Shown one piece after another: positions 51,147-64,000 of a stretch of 64,000 nt of DNA. The notes beneath the pieces were generated by a model. The model saw nothing but the letters and a program-made list of their open reading frames with translations. It made no database searches and was not told the origin of the DNA. This DNA is from Tubiluchus corallicola (lineage: Eukaryota; Animalia; Priapulida). A program made the translations under genes and the position numbers. The DNA is taken from positions 62,001 through 126,000 of the forward strand of contig JAQGDQ010000215.1 in NCBI GenBank assembly GCA_030141605.1, read 5' to 3'. The stretch's first letter is position 1. Every line of letters starts with the position of its first letter.

Positions 51147-51688
51147 GTCGTATGATAGGAATTCGGTCCTCTCAGGTTTTATTCAATCTAGCTGAAAGCA
51201 GGTAATGAACTGTAGGTTGCAACGATATTCTGTGATTCATAAGCACTTGCACTGAATAGTCATTACACTTACGGTACATACTAATTTAGTGGCAGGAAGC
51301 AAAGGCCCACGTATCTAGCAACATGAATTGCTACTACCTGTAATTGTAACCTAAATAGCATGAAATCTGTCTACCGTAAATGAATGTTAGGTGCCAGTTA
51401 GTAAAGTAGTTACTAGCCTAGAGGCTGTTATTGTGTTCGGCACTGGTTGGGTTGTCATGATCACAGTATTTTTGGATCCATAATTACTGTGCTAGCAGCT
51501 AAATGAACTGCTTCCATTTAGTTAATGCCGTCGTACACTGAAGCTGATGTATAGTTACAAAATTTGAAAATGTCGTTGAAAATTGTTTAGTTTTTGTGAA
51601 TTTTGTGCAATTGTTGAGTTTTATTACTGTACTCCTTCGGTTTCATTTCAGCTTAATGTCTGTAAGCGCGTGGATATAATCTTCTAGG

Positions 51689-54600
51689 ATGGAAAGCAAT
51701 CAAACTTTGTACGAGCAAGGCATATGCCTGCTGGATCACTGCAGCGAAAAGGGACTCCTTCTCCCTATTATCTGTGAGCAGACTTGGAGCAAGAACGCCA
51801 GAGCCTTCCTTTACTTAATTGGTATAAAAAGTTGCTAAGTACTTACTAAGTACTATGTCTTTTGTATTAGACTATAATTATATTAAATTTTAATACTTTT
51901 CATTACTGATTACTGTAATTGTATCGTGGAACCTTTTTCTTATATTTATAGTCACTGAATTATATTATGTCATAAGCTGTAGTAGCATGATATACATTGT
52001 CACGTAGTCTTATTATCATATAAAATGATCTTATAATATGCTATGATATTGAAAGAACCATCCTAGCCTGTACTATTGGGTGATTGCATCCTATCTTGTA
52101 AATCTCTCATGGGATCACATAGCACCTAATTATTGTTATTCACTTCATCCACTTCTATTCAGTTTTTAGTCTGTTAACATTATTCACCTGATCTAGCTTA
52201 ATTTACACGCTCGTGACATTATTGCTATCAAGGGAATTTCTATTCTTTCAGGTCTGCTGTACTGCTTCTTAGGCGTTGCCATAGTAGCAGACATTTTCAT
52301 GTGTGCAATTGAGAAAATCACTAGCAAAACAAAACGAATTATTGTTGCAAAGCCTGGTGCTTTTGACACCACACAAGAAGTAGAAGTAAAGGTATGCATT
52401 TGTTTAAACAATATTTTTATTTGATAAGAAACATTACAATCATAAGTACATTTATAATAAAAGCAATGGACACTTAATCAAACTCTGATTGGCTAACAGG
52501 TATAACATATGTAAAAGCCTTTCAGAGAGTAGATACGTCATTTGTAAGTTTAATAGGCACACGATTATAAGAATTGTTAGTTATGCATTAAGCAAGAGCA
52601 AGATTGAGAAAGTTACGTAACTTTTTTTGAGGATCGGGTATGCGAAAGGGTGGGACAAGTTGGTTATGATGTGTTTGATGTTGATGTTAAGCTACAAAAA
52701 TAGAATGAGTGATGATGAAACTAATGGAAGAAAGATGAAAGTGTCGGGGTGAGGCATGCATTTGTTGATATGAATATTCAGTAACCTGACTAGAGTAACT
52801 ATATATAGGGTTTCCACCACTCCTGATTTGGCCCATAGTCTTCTAAAATTCAGCCATTCATCCTTGCTTTGACCAGATTTTTGAAAATTCTGAAATCACC
52901 TGATTTTGACCATTTCATTGAAATTTGTGGGAAAAAACGTAAATTCATCTTGCATGCCGTTGGAACGTTAAGAACTAAGCTAAACATAGTGGAATCTCTC
53001 TAAGTAAAATAGTAAACTTATTAAATAAAGTTTAAACAGTTACATGGCCTCATCATTTAAAGCCGTCAACATTTTTGACAACTTTGGTTGCAGCAGTAAG
53101 TGCTCCAATGCAAACATTCATCCAGTTTAGCTTTAATTCACACAACACAAACGGTCTTCAGAACTCTCAAAAAACGTAGGAAATGCATTGGAACTGGGAA
53201 AGAACTGCAAAAATTGATGTACACGGCTTGCACTTTGTAAGTTTTAGGCTTTTAAGGCTTTTTAGGGTCTAAAATCAAGAAATTTGCACTACTTTGTGTT
53301 TTAGTTTTCTTGACCTTTGCTTCTGAAAAAAGCCTCATAAGACGACTCCCATGCTCCGACCCCCCAAAGCTGGCTCTTGACTCTTGATTTCGGTTTGCGA
53401 CGAGGTGGCAACCCTAACTGTATACACTCGAAACGATCAAAGCAGTTTCCATTTTTGATGCATCTGTTTTTTATGCTGTTTGGCACTTTGCAAACCGAAA
53501 TGCAGAGCTTAATGTAATGGTTGTGGCGGGACCAGAACTTGGTATCAAGGATTGGGTCTTTGCCTCATGCTGGCATGCATACATTCTTTGCCAGCGAGAG
53601 AAATTGATGACGGCTGTGTAGCAGATGAAGTAGGGAAAAACTTACCTTAGGTAGTTTTACAATTATTCTTTCATTTATTGGCCAGGCTTCATGTTGCTTA
53701 ACTTCAATTCTTCATTCTTGACCATTCACCCTTATTCTTGCCCTATAAGTCTAAACATTGTGAGCACTGCAGCTTTCTTGTGTAGCATGTGTAGCATGTG
53801 TAGCATTAAGTAGTGTTGAAAATTCAAACATTTCGACATGTTTATTCCATGTCCACGAAGCCTGGTGTTCATTTACTGCACCCTGTAATGTTGTAAAATG
53901 CCAGCGTTCATACTTCTCTGCTATCGTAAACTAGCAAGTAGCAACTGCTAAATGACCCACTCTGATGGCTTTCTGTGCTTTTAGGATGCTGCTTTGCCAT
54001 CCTGTATGCTTTACAGTGGCGGCTCGTGTATAAGCACTGTGGAACTGCAACACCTTCTATTCTCACTCAATATTATCTTTAATATTCGATATAATAAGTC
54101 TTTTTTCTTTAGTTCTTTCTTTATACTTGTAAGGAACCAGAGCACATGAGGATAGTCAGGGCCTATTTCAGGGGGGGGAGTGGGGATACTTACCCGGGGC
54201 CTCACCCTCCAGGGGGGCCTCGTGCCTAGGTGACATTTTTTTTTGCTTTATGCGAACATACTGCCTCCTCGCTATTTTCTCTTCGAAAATGCTTCTCCGG
54301 CGTTCTACCAGTTCAAAAATTTTCTGGCCGCCAACCATGGTGGCGCCCGCCCCCGAGGGGGCCTCACACGCCCCACTTCCCCAGGCCTCGTTTAGGCTGA
54401 AATAGGCCCTGAGGATAGTACTGTTTGCTTCACAGCCCAGCACAGTGCACTCCAGCAATGCGGGTGTTTTGCTGTTGTGCACATTTCGTGTCTGAGCCTA
54501 GGTAGAGAACGTACTATCGCTCTTGTCGTGTGCTTACCGAGAATGGATCAAGCTTCAACAGCGACAATTTAGGCTATTAGTAAGCAAAAAATATTTTTTG

Positions 54601-57600
54601 TTTACGATTTTATCATGTTTATGTTTGTTTGTTTAAAATTACAATGACAAATTACAATATTAAAATTACATATGTGTGTTTTGTTTTACACAATATTAAA
54701 ACAACGCCTAAAAATTTTCTAAAGTAGCACCCCCACTAATTTTAGCTACGAGCCGCTATTGATGCTTGACATCGAATGCTTGGTGTGTGCGGAATCTCCA
54801 CAGCAGTTATTATAAATTTGCTTTTATTTATCCCCCCCCCCCGGTGCATTAGTGAAAATTAATGGAAGGAAATGTGCTAAGATTAATTTTGTAGTTTCTG
54901 TTGTTATAAAGTTCACGGAATCCATTAGTTAGATTTTGTTGTGTTAATGCTTCATCAAGAAGAATTGTTGCAAGAGCTAGCCAGGTTAAAACCTTGGGTT
55001 TACATAATGCACAGTAATGGTTTGTAGCTGCTGACTAAATATTCATCTATTCTATTGGAAATTATTGTGCATATGTACTTCTGTGTATGTTTGACCTTGG
55101 AGTTACTGGTTTGTGAATCTGGATTGGTAACTGTCCATTAGCACTTTTAGCTATAGTTCACCTGATGTCAGCCAATAAGCCTTTGTACAGTTTCGTTGTG
55201 CGCACGCGCAGTTGCTGTAGGTCAAAGGTTAAGTGTACCACAGCAACGTGTCTTAACTACAACTATTATGTGACGTGTGGGTAAAGCAAAGCTGTGTGCC
55301 ATATCAGTTTAGTAACTTCAGTTGTTTTTCATGGATTTTACTTAATTGTGCATTAGTCTGTGAGTAGAGTGATTTACTAGCAGGATCTTGCTTGGGAACA
55401 AGAAAAAATGAACTAGGTAAGGTTCTAGCTAGCTGCTAAAACTGTTACTATTACAACAGCATGGACTGCGAGGCATTGTCAAGTGTACACAAATGCATTG
55501 CCTGGTACACTTAACGTTTAACCTCTTCCCAATCATGATCAATCACTGGAACTGTGAAAAGGTTTATTAAAGTAAAAGGTAAAATGTTTTTATAATATCC
55601 AAAGTTGCCCTTGTTTTCGTAACGTCTATTAAACAATGCTTAACGTATATAATTGGGTTTTATCTGCAATTGATATTGTGCTTACAATTTTTTACAGGTG
55701 TGGAATGGAACCGTTGCCAATTTAACGCTAATGGCGTTGGGCTCCAGCGCACCTGAGATTCTGCTGTCTTGCATTGAAATTATTGGAAATAATTTCAAAG
55801 CTGGTGATTTAGGTCCAGGGACAATCGTTGGTTCAGCGGCGTTCAACCTTTTAGTCATCACAGCTGTTTGCTTGTTTAGCATACCCAATGGTGAGGTGAG
55901 ATCAACTATTTATTAAACTATGTATCTTTAACATTTTTGGTGAAAACTAAAAAACTTAATTTTAGATAAAGTGGTGAATAAACGTGGCAAACCATGCCCA
56001 TCTATTAGTTTATTAAAGAATTTGCTTCGCGTGTTCACAGTATTTTAGAATTGTAAATTTTTGGTTATTTAAATTATATTGTTCTACAGTATTACGTTTC
56101 CCATCATTTAATTGTCAATTACACACGTCAACAGAATTCAGATTTAAATTGAGAACGGTGCCAAAATTAATTTTATTTAATCCTATCTATTTAAGGGTGG
56201 CTGACTAGATAACCTATGGGTTCTTCGCTGCCCTTTGCATTTGTTACATAATATTGCATGCATTCCTAATACTGTATTTTGATCATTCTTGCAGAGTTAA
56301 TAAATAAATTGAATTGAATTATTATAATGATGACTTCAGTTCTTTGATCTTTGTCAGATCATGTTTACTGGGCCAGGACAAGCACAACATAGACATTTTA
56401 GCTCGCTTTTCAAAATGTGTTAAATAATAAAACTCCAAGCTTCTGTTTTTGTGATGTTAACTTTCTACATTTAACTTTTTATCTTCATTTCAGACAGAAA
56501 GTATCTTAAAATGAATTGCCTCACCAAATTGAAAAATAATATCTTCAGCCATTTTCTGGACAGACAGACAGACAGAAAAACATACAGAGAGACTGAAATG
56601 AACATTGGACAGACTGACAGAGAGACAGAAAAACATACAGATAGACTGAATTGAACATCGTATCCTTCAGTTATATATTTCAGCATTGGGTGAATTTAAA
56701 ACTTTGAGAAACTAATCTCTGTACTTTGTTGCCATGTATAAGCACTTGTAACAGAACACTATTCATCCATCTTCTTGAAATATTTCAGGTGCGTCGGCTA
56801 CAGAATATAAAAGTATTTGCAGTAACAGCATTCTCCAGTGTTTTTGCCTACATATGGCTCTATATTATCTTAGTGGTGAGTGTGATGGCTATTGAACCTT
56901 TTGGTGTGGATACTGTTAATATCAGAACTTAAAAATTTATTTAAACTAGAAAACATTTTGTTTGAACACTTTTGCATTGAAATGGGACCATTTCAGACAG
57001 TCAGTAAGTGATTTTTTAGAGGGCTGTTTCCAACCCCCCCCCCTCATTGTGCTACATAGTTCTGAGCATTTTTGCTGTGTCACAAAACAAAACATTGGCA
57101 GATTTGAGCCAAAGCTGTGTTCTGCTGTTAAAAAGCTTCATGAAGCAGACTAACACAATCTACTTGCTAATTGTAGTCCAAATTATTGCTAAGACATAGT
57201 TCTACACAGTTTTAACTCCTTCAGGACTGTAAACGTTTACTGCATTTTACATGGGTTCATGAAAAATTGCTCTCACTAAGCAGCGATTACGTTATCTTTC
57301 ATAATTTTTGTAGATTTCTATCCTCACAATGGATTTTCCTGCAAAATTATAATATGAAATGCATTTGGATACCTTAGACAAATTAAAAATTGATTTTTGA
57401 CTCAAAAATGCTGCACAGCTTCGGCTGTAGCAAGAAGGCAATCAATAATTTAGTGTGTAGGATCACACCAGACTAAGCTACTCAATAGGCTAAGATGGAG
57501 CACCTGAAAAGGGCATGTTTTTCTTAACTTTATCCAATTAAATCACTTATAAATGTTAAACAAATTGCATGATTTGATAGCCAAGATTCTCCTGAATAGA

Positions 57601-57623
57601 ACAGTACCTACTACTACTACTAC

Positions 57624-57670
<47 letters not shown>

Positions 57671-57671
57671 A

Positions 57672-57728
<57 letters not shown>

Positions 57729-60700
57729 CAGCAGTAGTAAATAATTTGTAATCGTTTAGTTATGTCTGTGCTCATACAGTAGCAGAAAAAACATAGGTCT
57801 TATAAGACCTATTTTGAATGGTGCAGTCTTGAAGGCGTTAATGAACCAAAAGTGAAGGCAGTAAATGTACCTGCATTAGTCAACATGTTAAAGAGTTAAT
57901 TATTTAATTGTTTTATAATTTCAGGTTAGCAGCAAAAATGAATTGGACATCTGGGAAGCTGTTCTTACCCTGCTGTTCTTTCCTTTACTTGTCGTAGTCG
58001 CTTACATTGCAGATAAGGACTTCTGTGGCAAAAGAGCAACAGCCAATCTCACACAGTTAGAAATGGGAATAAGTGAGTTGAATTTATAAACCAACTTCTT
58101 CTTATACTGTTAGTTTTTTTACAGAAACAGGTAAATGTGCTGCATCCGTTGCAGTTATGGTTGTATTGTCTTCTGTTGGGTGTCTCAATGTTTACTTAAA
58201 TGTGCTTATGGACGTTTAAGAAAAGTTACTTATGCAAAGTTTATTTATTAAGTGCTGAGCATTCATTTTAGTCAACATCCAGCAATTAACCTCGTGTATT
58301 AAACAGTAGGTATGTGACTGTATTTTGATTAAGTTTAACAAAAAAGGAAAGCAAGCAAGATGTGAGCATTGTCAATCCAATAGATTTATTTCACAATAAA
58401 CAAATACTTATGCAACAAGTACATTTATAGATAAATTTTTCATTAATACTGCAAAATTAAGATGTAATTTTTGAATTCTGCACTGGAGACATAAGCTAGG
58501 TTATGTTAGACCAGCAGAATTAGTAGTGAGAAAAAAATTAACAATATATTACTAATAGTTAGTATGAGTTACAGAGGGCGTTAGTAGTATTTCATAATTA
58601 CGATGTTTAAACTGATACTTGGTACAGAGAAATGATAAATGCTTTAACACATTCGTTAAGCATCTGTGGAGGAGGCAACACTTGATTAGACTATATGGAG
58701 GTGTGCACTGCAGATATGATATACACATTATCGTACAGTTATGTGAAGGTGTTTGAAATAGAAAGCTCAAAACACACCTCATGTACATTGATTGATCAAC
58801 CACTTGGTCATAATTGCCAACTGCCTCATTGAAACATTATTGATCCCATAAAAGCAACCTTGTTGTGGTGTTTTGAGTCAACATATACTGTTGCATGCCA
58901 TAACTAATGTGATGGATTTCTCTGCAATGTGTGTGTTTGATTTACATTAAGTATTAATAAAGTAGCATTTAACAACAATGCGGGCCAAATCCTGTTTACA
59001 TTACCTATAAACTTTTGCAACAGTTTCCAGCAAAAATACCGAGATCTTTCTTTGTCATCGTGGGAACAATTTTTGACCTTCCTAGATCTGTCAGGACCTA
59101 GTTAACTGAAGGTGCACGATTAACTTGGTAATTAGGAAATCAGAATTGCAAGTGTTAGGCCGTGTGTCCGCAAGTTAGATAAATATTTAAAGGAAGACAG
59201 GATGATTTTTCGCATACTACCCCATTTTAAAGTCTGATAAAAAGTTTACGTTTTAATACAGTTAATACTGTAAAAGCGTTTTTGATATTAAGTAATATAT
59301 TAAAAACCTAATTAACAACGGGCAAGCCCAACTATTGATGACATCACATACTGACATAATTTTCAACAGCAAAAATATCCCACAATTATGATTTGCACGT
59401 GTTTGCAAAAGCACAGTACACGAAAATTCAAGTACAGTGCTACTGTAACATATTCAGTGTGTTGTACTAAAACTAGGCGAGTTTTAAGATAAAAATTCAA
59501 ATTTCCGATTTACCGTTGTGTTTGAGCTTTTGAATATGTGTAGTTCGTTACAAACGAACACAGCTGAACTGAGAGGTACAGCACCAGTTTTTTGTGCAAT
59601 GCACTTCCAAATTGCGGGCACTAGTGCCCATATAAGTAGCGAATGGCAGAGTGCATGTAACAGCGAAGAACTAATAGCGCAAACATGAAATGGTGTTTGT
59701 GCGGTAATAATTCTTTCATGTGAGTCATTTTTGAAAAAAAGTATGTTTCGTTTCAATATTTTAAAGAGTAGATTGTTTTGACCTACAGTTCCGGATTGGG
59801 TCCGGTTTTGCTTTAACTTCAAGAATATAGTGGTCTTTCAAAAGTCACACGTTGCACGTGCATTCCATGTTTGGTTTTTTTATTTGCTACACACATTCAC
59901 ACTATTTTTGCTGAATTTTATTTGCAAGCTATTAGCCTGTTAGACTATAAAACAATGATGAGTAAAATAAATGCATTTGCTGTGCATATGGTAACACTTT
60001 TTATTGCTTTAGTGTCTAGCTAGTGATTATATGGTTTCTAGTGTAGCTCTGCTTACTAATAATTTTCAACGATAACCATGCAGTAATGTCTTTTCAGAAA
60101 CTGTTAATGATAAACTGATTATGCGGGTGAACTGTAAAATTATTAATATTAATATCAGTTCTTATTAAACTGCACAATTCACGCCAGCTCAGTCAAACAT
60201 CAATAGCAAATTGTAATCATTGTAAAGTCCTGCAAATATTACATTTTTTTCGGACATCAGGTATAGTGGAAATGAGTGTCTAATTGAGCATGACTACTGT
60301 GTTTCTTTTGTAAATACGTAATAATCCTGTGATTGCAACGCTAATGAAAAATAGCTTGAAAACATTTATCAAAAAATTTAAACATTTTTGTTTTAGTTTC
60401 ACATACACGAGTTTGTTGTATGATTGTTGAAAATATAGCAATAAGAAATATAAATATATAGAAATAATAAATACCAAAAATAGAAGTTTAGGAATGCAGA
60501 ATACGTAACATGATATCAAATTATCGTGCACCTTCAGTTAACTAGGTCCTGACTGATAGAAAGAAACAGGAAGGTCAAAAATTGTCACCATGCTGACAAA
60601 GAAAGATCTTGGTATTTTTGCCGGAAACTATTGCAAGAGTTTATAGGTGATGTAAACAGGATTTGACCCGTATTGTTGTTAAATGCTACTTTATTAATAC

Positions 60701-61907
60701 TCAATGTAGAGCAAACACCAGAAGACGATACTTAATCTTAGAATGCAAAAGCCCATGGTCTATCAGTTATAAATATCTATACTTGTACAGCTTTTCTAGT
60801 TGTTAGAATAGTGCCTAGAATGCATGTGATGATCTGTAATGGTGTAATTAATTAACATTTTATACTGCTTTAATCTGAACAAATGTTATAGCGTGCTGTA
60901 AGCTCATTAATGGATGATGGCAGACCTGTTGCAATAATTGGCCTTTTCACTGCTGTCTGGTTCTATGGTAACGCATTTGTAATAAGCAGTAATTAAACCG
61001 TCAATTACTACGTATTGTTATACAGTAAACATGCCCGTACTGTGAATAGTCGGTTTGTGTAGTTGTCATACAATTGTTAACATAACTGCTATTATTACTA
61101 ATAGAAAGTGCAATTACTTTAATTTCCGCTCTCTACACCTACCATCTGTCTTACTGGTTATTCAAATTAAAGAACTGACCTTCTACAGTATTGATAGCAT
61201 TAATGATGATGAAAATGCTGCTTATGATGATAATTTTGATACAAATGATGTTGACAGTATAGAGATGATAATGGTAATAATGATGATAGTGATGATGATG
61301 ATGATTTTGATGATAAATGATTATGTTGATGGTGAATGATGATGTGATGGTGATGGTGGCAGCGGCACTGATGCTGCTGATGATGCTGATGGTGATGAAT
61401 GATAGTGATGATAATGGTGATGATGATGATGATGATGATTGGTGGTGGTGGTGGTGATGGTCGCGGCGGCACTGATGCTGCTGATGACGCTGATGGTGAT
61501 GATAATGGTGATGATGATGATGATGAATGATAATGATGGTGATGGTATTGGTGGTGATGGTGGTGGAGGTGGTGGTGGCAGCAGGGGCGGTAATGATGAT
61601 GATGATGATCTTGATCTTGATATTTATCTTCATCTTGATATTAAGGTTAGGTAATATTGCTACTCGTGCTTTGTTGTTATTGCTTGAATGAACAAATAGG
61701 CTATTAAATGCACGTATAAAGTGATGCAGTAGACATAATAGTGCATACTTTATTACTTTGCTTTCTAGAAATAAATTCTATTTTTACTCTGACACAATTC
61801 TGCAATTAATCACCAGTTGTTTCACTTCAGAAACAGAAAAAGAACTGGAAGCTGCTAGACTAGCTCAGGGAAAACTTGATAAAGAAGCCGTTGCTGATTT
61901 TATGAGG
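51689..61907 (+). CDS. SLC8A: Na+/Ca2+ exchanger (SLC8/NCX family), 5' portion; continues beyond the right edge
   Basis: In-phase exons 51689-51821, 52252-52391 ([25 protein letters not shown]), 55698-55895 ([41 protein letters not shown], alpha-1 repeat), 56789-56875, 57925-58072 ([22 protein letters not shown]), 61831-61907. A non-coding 5' exon may end at the donor near 50245. The paralog cannot be assigned. Confidence 0.93.
54014..54761. mobile_element. hAT-family non-autonomous element (host of a nested hAT MITE)
   Basis: TIR CAGTGGCGGCTCGT / ACGAGCCGCTATTG; 8-bp TSD ATGCTTTA / ATGCTTGA. Confidence 0.75.
54157..54411. mobile_element. young GC-rich hAT MITE nested in 54014-54761
   Basis: Perfect 15-bp TIR CAGGGCCTATTTCAG and perfect 8-bp TSD AGGATAGT. 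Confidence 0.88.
55174..55568 (+). mobile_element. MITE family B, copy 2
   Basis: AATAAGCCTTTGTACAGTT ... AACTGTGAAAAGGTTTATT; internal homology to the other copies. Confidence 0.8.
57216..57837 (+). mobile_element. TTAA-flanked (piggyBac-like) MITE family D containing an (ACT)/(AGT)n microsatellite
   Basis: TTAA|CTCCTTCAGGACTG ... CAGTCTTGAAGGCG|TTAA; homologs at 62963-63508 and a 5' fragment at ~4045-4200. Confidence 0.7.
59191..59812 (+). mobile_element. Kolobok-like MITE family A, copy 3
   Basis: TTAA|AGGAAGACAGGAT ... GTCCGGTTTTGCT|TTAA; homologous to the other two copies. Confidence 0.8.
61200..61640. repeat. degenerate (GAT)/(GGT) trinucleotide low-complexity tract
   Basis: Directly visible; contains an internal duplication of GCGGCACTGATGCTGCTGATGA. 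Confidence 0.9.
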
Positions 61908-62017
61908 GTATGTAACGTTATACTCTTATTGCTGAAGAATGTGGAGTGGTGTGGCCCAAAAATATGCAGCCGATATGCAGTCTTGTTTACATATTTTCAC
62001 TGTGCAAGAATTCTAAT

Positions 62018-62394
62018 AATAAGCCTTTTCACAGTTTCGATGTGCGCATGCGCAGTTGCTGCAGGTCAAAGGTTAAGTGTATCACAGCAACATGTCTTAA
62101 CTACAACTGTCACGTGGCATGTGTGTAAAGCAAAGTCGTCTGCTGCATCCATTCAGTAACTTCAGCTGTTTTGCATGGACTTTGCTTAATTATGCATTAG
62201 TCTGTGCGTAGAGTGATTTACTAGCAGGATCTTGCTTCGGACAAGAAAAAAATGAACTAGCTAAGGAAAACTGTTACTATTATAATAGCATGGGCTGCGA
62301 AGTGTCAAGTGTACACAAATGTGTTGTCTAGTACACTTAACCTTTGACCTTTTCACGATCATCATCAGTCCCTGGAACTGTGAAAAGGCTTATT
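62018..62394 (+). mobile_element. MITE family B, copy 3 (right end re-duplicated at ~62514-62559)
   Basis: Perfect 19-bp TIR AATAAGCCTTTTCACAGTT / AACTGTGAAAAGGCTTATT. Confidence 0.85.
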
Positions 62395-62962
62395 GGTTTT
62401 ATACAGTTTTATTGTTCTTTATTTGTATAAGTTCATTCATAAGTATGTTTGTGAGATTGCTTTTATCCGCTGTCATCTATCATACAAAAAAACAAAATTA
62501 GTGTAATTTGTAATCTTCACGATCATCATCAGTCGCTGGAACTGTGAAAAGGCTTGTTGGTAACAGCTTTAGACAACTTCATTGAACACTACAGGTTAAG
62601 TACATTTCAAAAAAAACATCAAAAACTTACAATAAAATGTACACAATGGTATCTATGCGGCTAGAGGACATTTTAAGCAATGAATAATTATTGAGTTACT
62701 CATTTGTAATGTAATCCTATAAACTGATCTGTTTTGCCGTAAGGCTGGTCTCCTTGTTGTCATTGTTCAGTTTTGGTTTTCATGTGTAATAAATTTTTAG
62801 CCAATTTTTGTATTATGACGTCATGATCGAGTAACTTTGTACTCTAAATTGTTACAATGAAACTGTTTCTATGGTAACATTAAATGGCGTTCTGAACAAC
62901 ATAATTATCACAAAGTGGATCTTATGGCAATGCTAAGTGGTTTCCAGGCAGAAGAAACTTAA

Positions 62963-63508
62963 CTCCTTCAGGATTGTAAACTCTTGCTGCATTTTGCTGA
63001 GGCTCATGAATAACTGCTCTCACTAAGCAGTGATTACATTATATGAAAAAAGCTTGCAGTAACTGCAATATTTACACTGTAACAAAATAGGCCTATAAGT
63101 ATCACTTGTGTGAAATTGCTAATGCAGAATCCAGACACAACACTCTGATACTCTTTCGCCACAAGTCTACTCTATTTTTAAAGAGAAATTCCTGTTAAAA
63201 GATGAAACGCCCTTAATTGCTCCTATGCTGATCAGTATTTTTTGGAACTCTCTTGGATAGCAGGCGATCAATAAAATAGTGTGTACGATCACTCAAGTGT
63301 ACCTCACACTAAGCTACTGCATAGGCTAAGTTGGGATGCTTGAAGAGGGTGTATTTTTCTTAATTTTATCCAACTAAATTACTTATAAATGTTTAAACAA
63401 ATAGCATGATTGGATGGTCAAGATTCAGTGGTCTGTGCTCATACAGTAACAGAAAAGTCAAATATCTTATAAGACTTAATTTGAGTGATGTGGTCTTGAA
63501 GGAAGGAG
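62963..63508 (+). mobile_element. MITE family D, copy 2
   Basis: TTAA|CTCCTTCAGGATTG ... GGTCTTGAAGGAAGGAG; colinear with 57216-57837 but lacks the microsatellite. Confidence 0.7.
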
Positions 63509-64000
63509 TAACCATATGCTTCGCATTCTGGACTAGTTTTGACATGTATAAGTGGAATAGTATGCACACTTGCTTACAGTTATTTCATGTGGTACAGCAG
63601 TTCTTGAATGAATTTCACCTAAGGCAAACTTTACATCATATGAGAGAATCTGCTGTCATTTAGCTCACTTATTCTTAATTATAAGTAGGAAATATTACAA
63701 AGCCTGTAACACTTATTAAATTTTATTATCACATATTTCTTAATTAAAATTAATAGCAACAATATTAGTTAAAAGTAACGTTTGCAATACGAACTAATGA
63801 GATCCAATAAAGTTTTAGTCTGCTTCTTGATCTAATTACACAATAAATCCTGCCCATTTTTCATCATAGTCGTCTGTCAATTCTCATTACGTCTCTTATT
63901 AAATTTATCAAGTTTAACGTGTTCTGTCTCACCTTTATGCTTTGTTACAGCACATTAAAATTTCAGTAAGTTCTTGTTGCCATGTTCTGCTTACTTTAAA

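Noticed and set aside
61055-61654. His/Asp/Met-rich ORFs
   Set aside because: Low-complexity (GAT/GGT)n tract; the NCX exons join in phase without it.

Overview
AT-rich, intron-rich invertebrate (metazoan) nuclear DNA, not prokaryotic. Four spliced genes were reconstructed by hand from GT-AG boundaries and reading frame: the 5' part of OFD1 (- strand, runs off the left edge), complete two-exon ATG101 (-), complete 23-exon PARN (+, head-to-head with ATG101, ATGs 360 bp apart), and the 5' part of an SLC8/NCX-family Na+/Ca2+ exchanger (+, runs off the right edge). Introns and intergenic DNA hold non-autonomous DNA transposons (Kolobok-like, hAT including a nested pair, piggyBac-like, Tc1/mariner-like, other MITEs), tRNA-headed SINEs, LINE/RTE fragments (one young 5'-truncated LINE with an intact ORF and a 13-bp TSD), minisatellites and microsatellites. 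The most unusual item is an 88-bp copy of the ATG101 coding sequence in the probable ATG101 3'UTR. It is extended into a 20-bp pre-miRNA-sized hairpin whose 3' arm is perfectly antisense to the ATG101 CDS. Other leads are a long hairpin over a PARN 3' splice region, inverted elements flanking PARN exons 16-20, a degenerate Penelope-type hammerhead, and an N-terminal extension with a frame anomaly in OFD1. All calls come from reading the sequence and recalled family knowledge; no searches were run.
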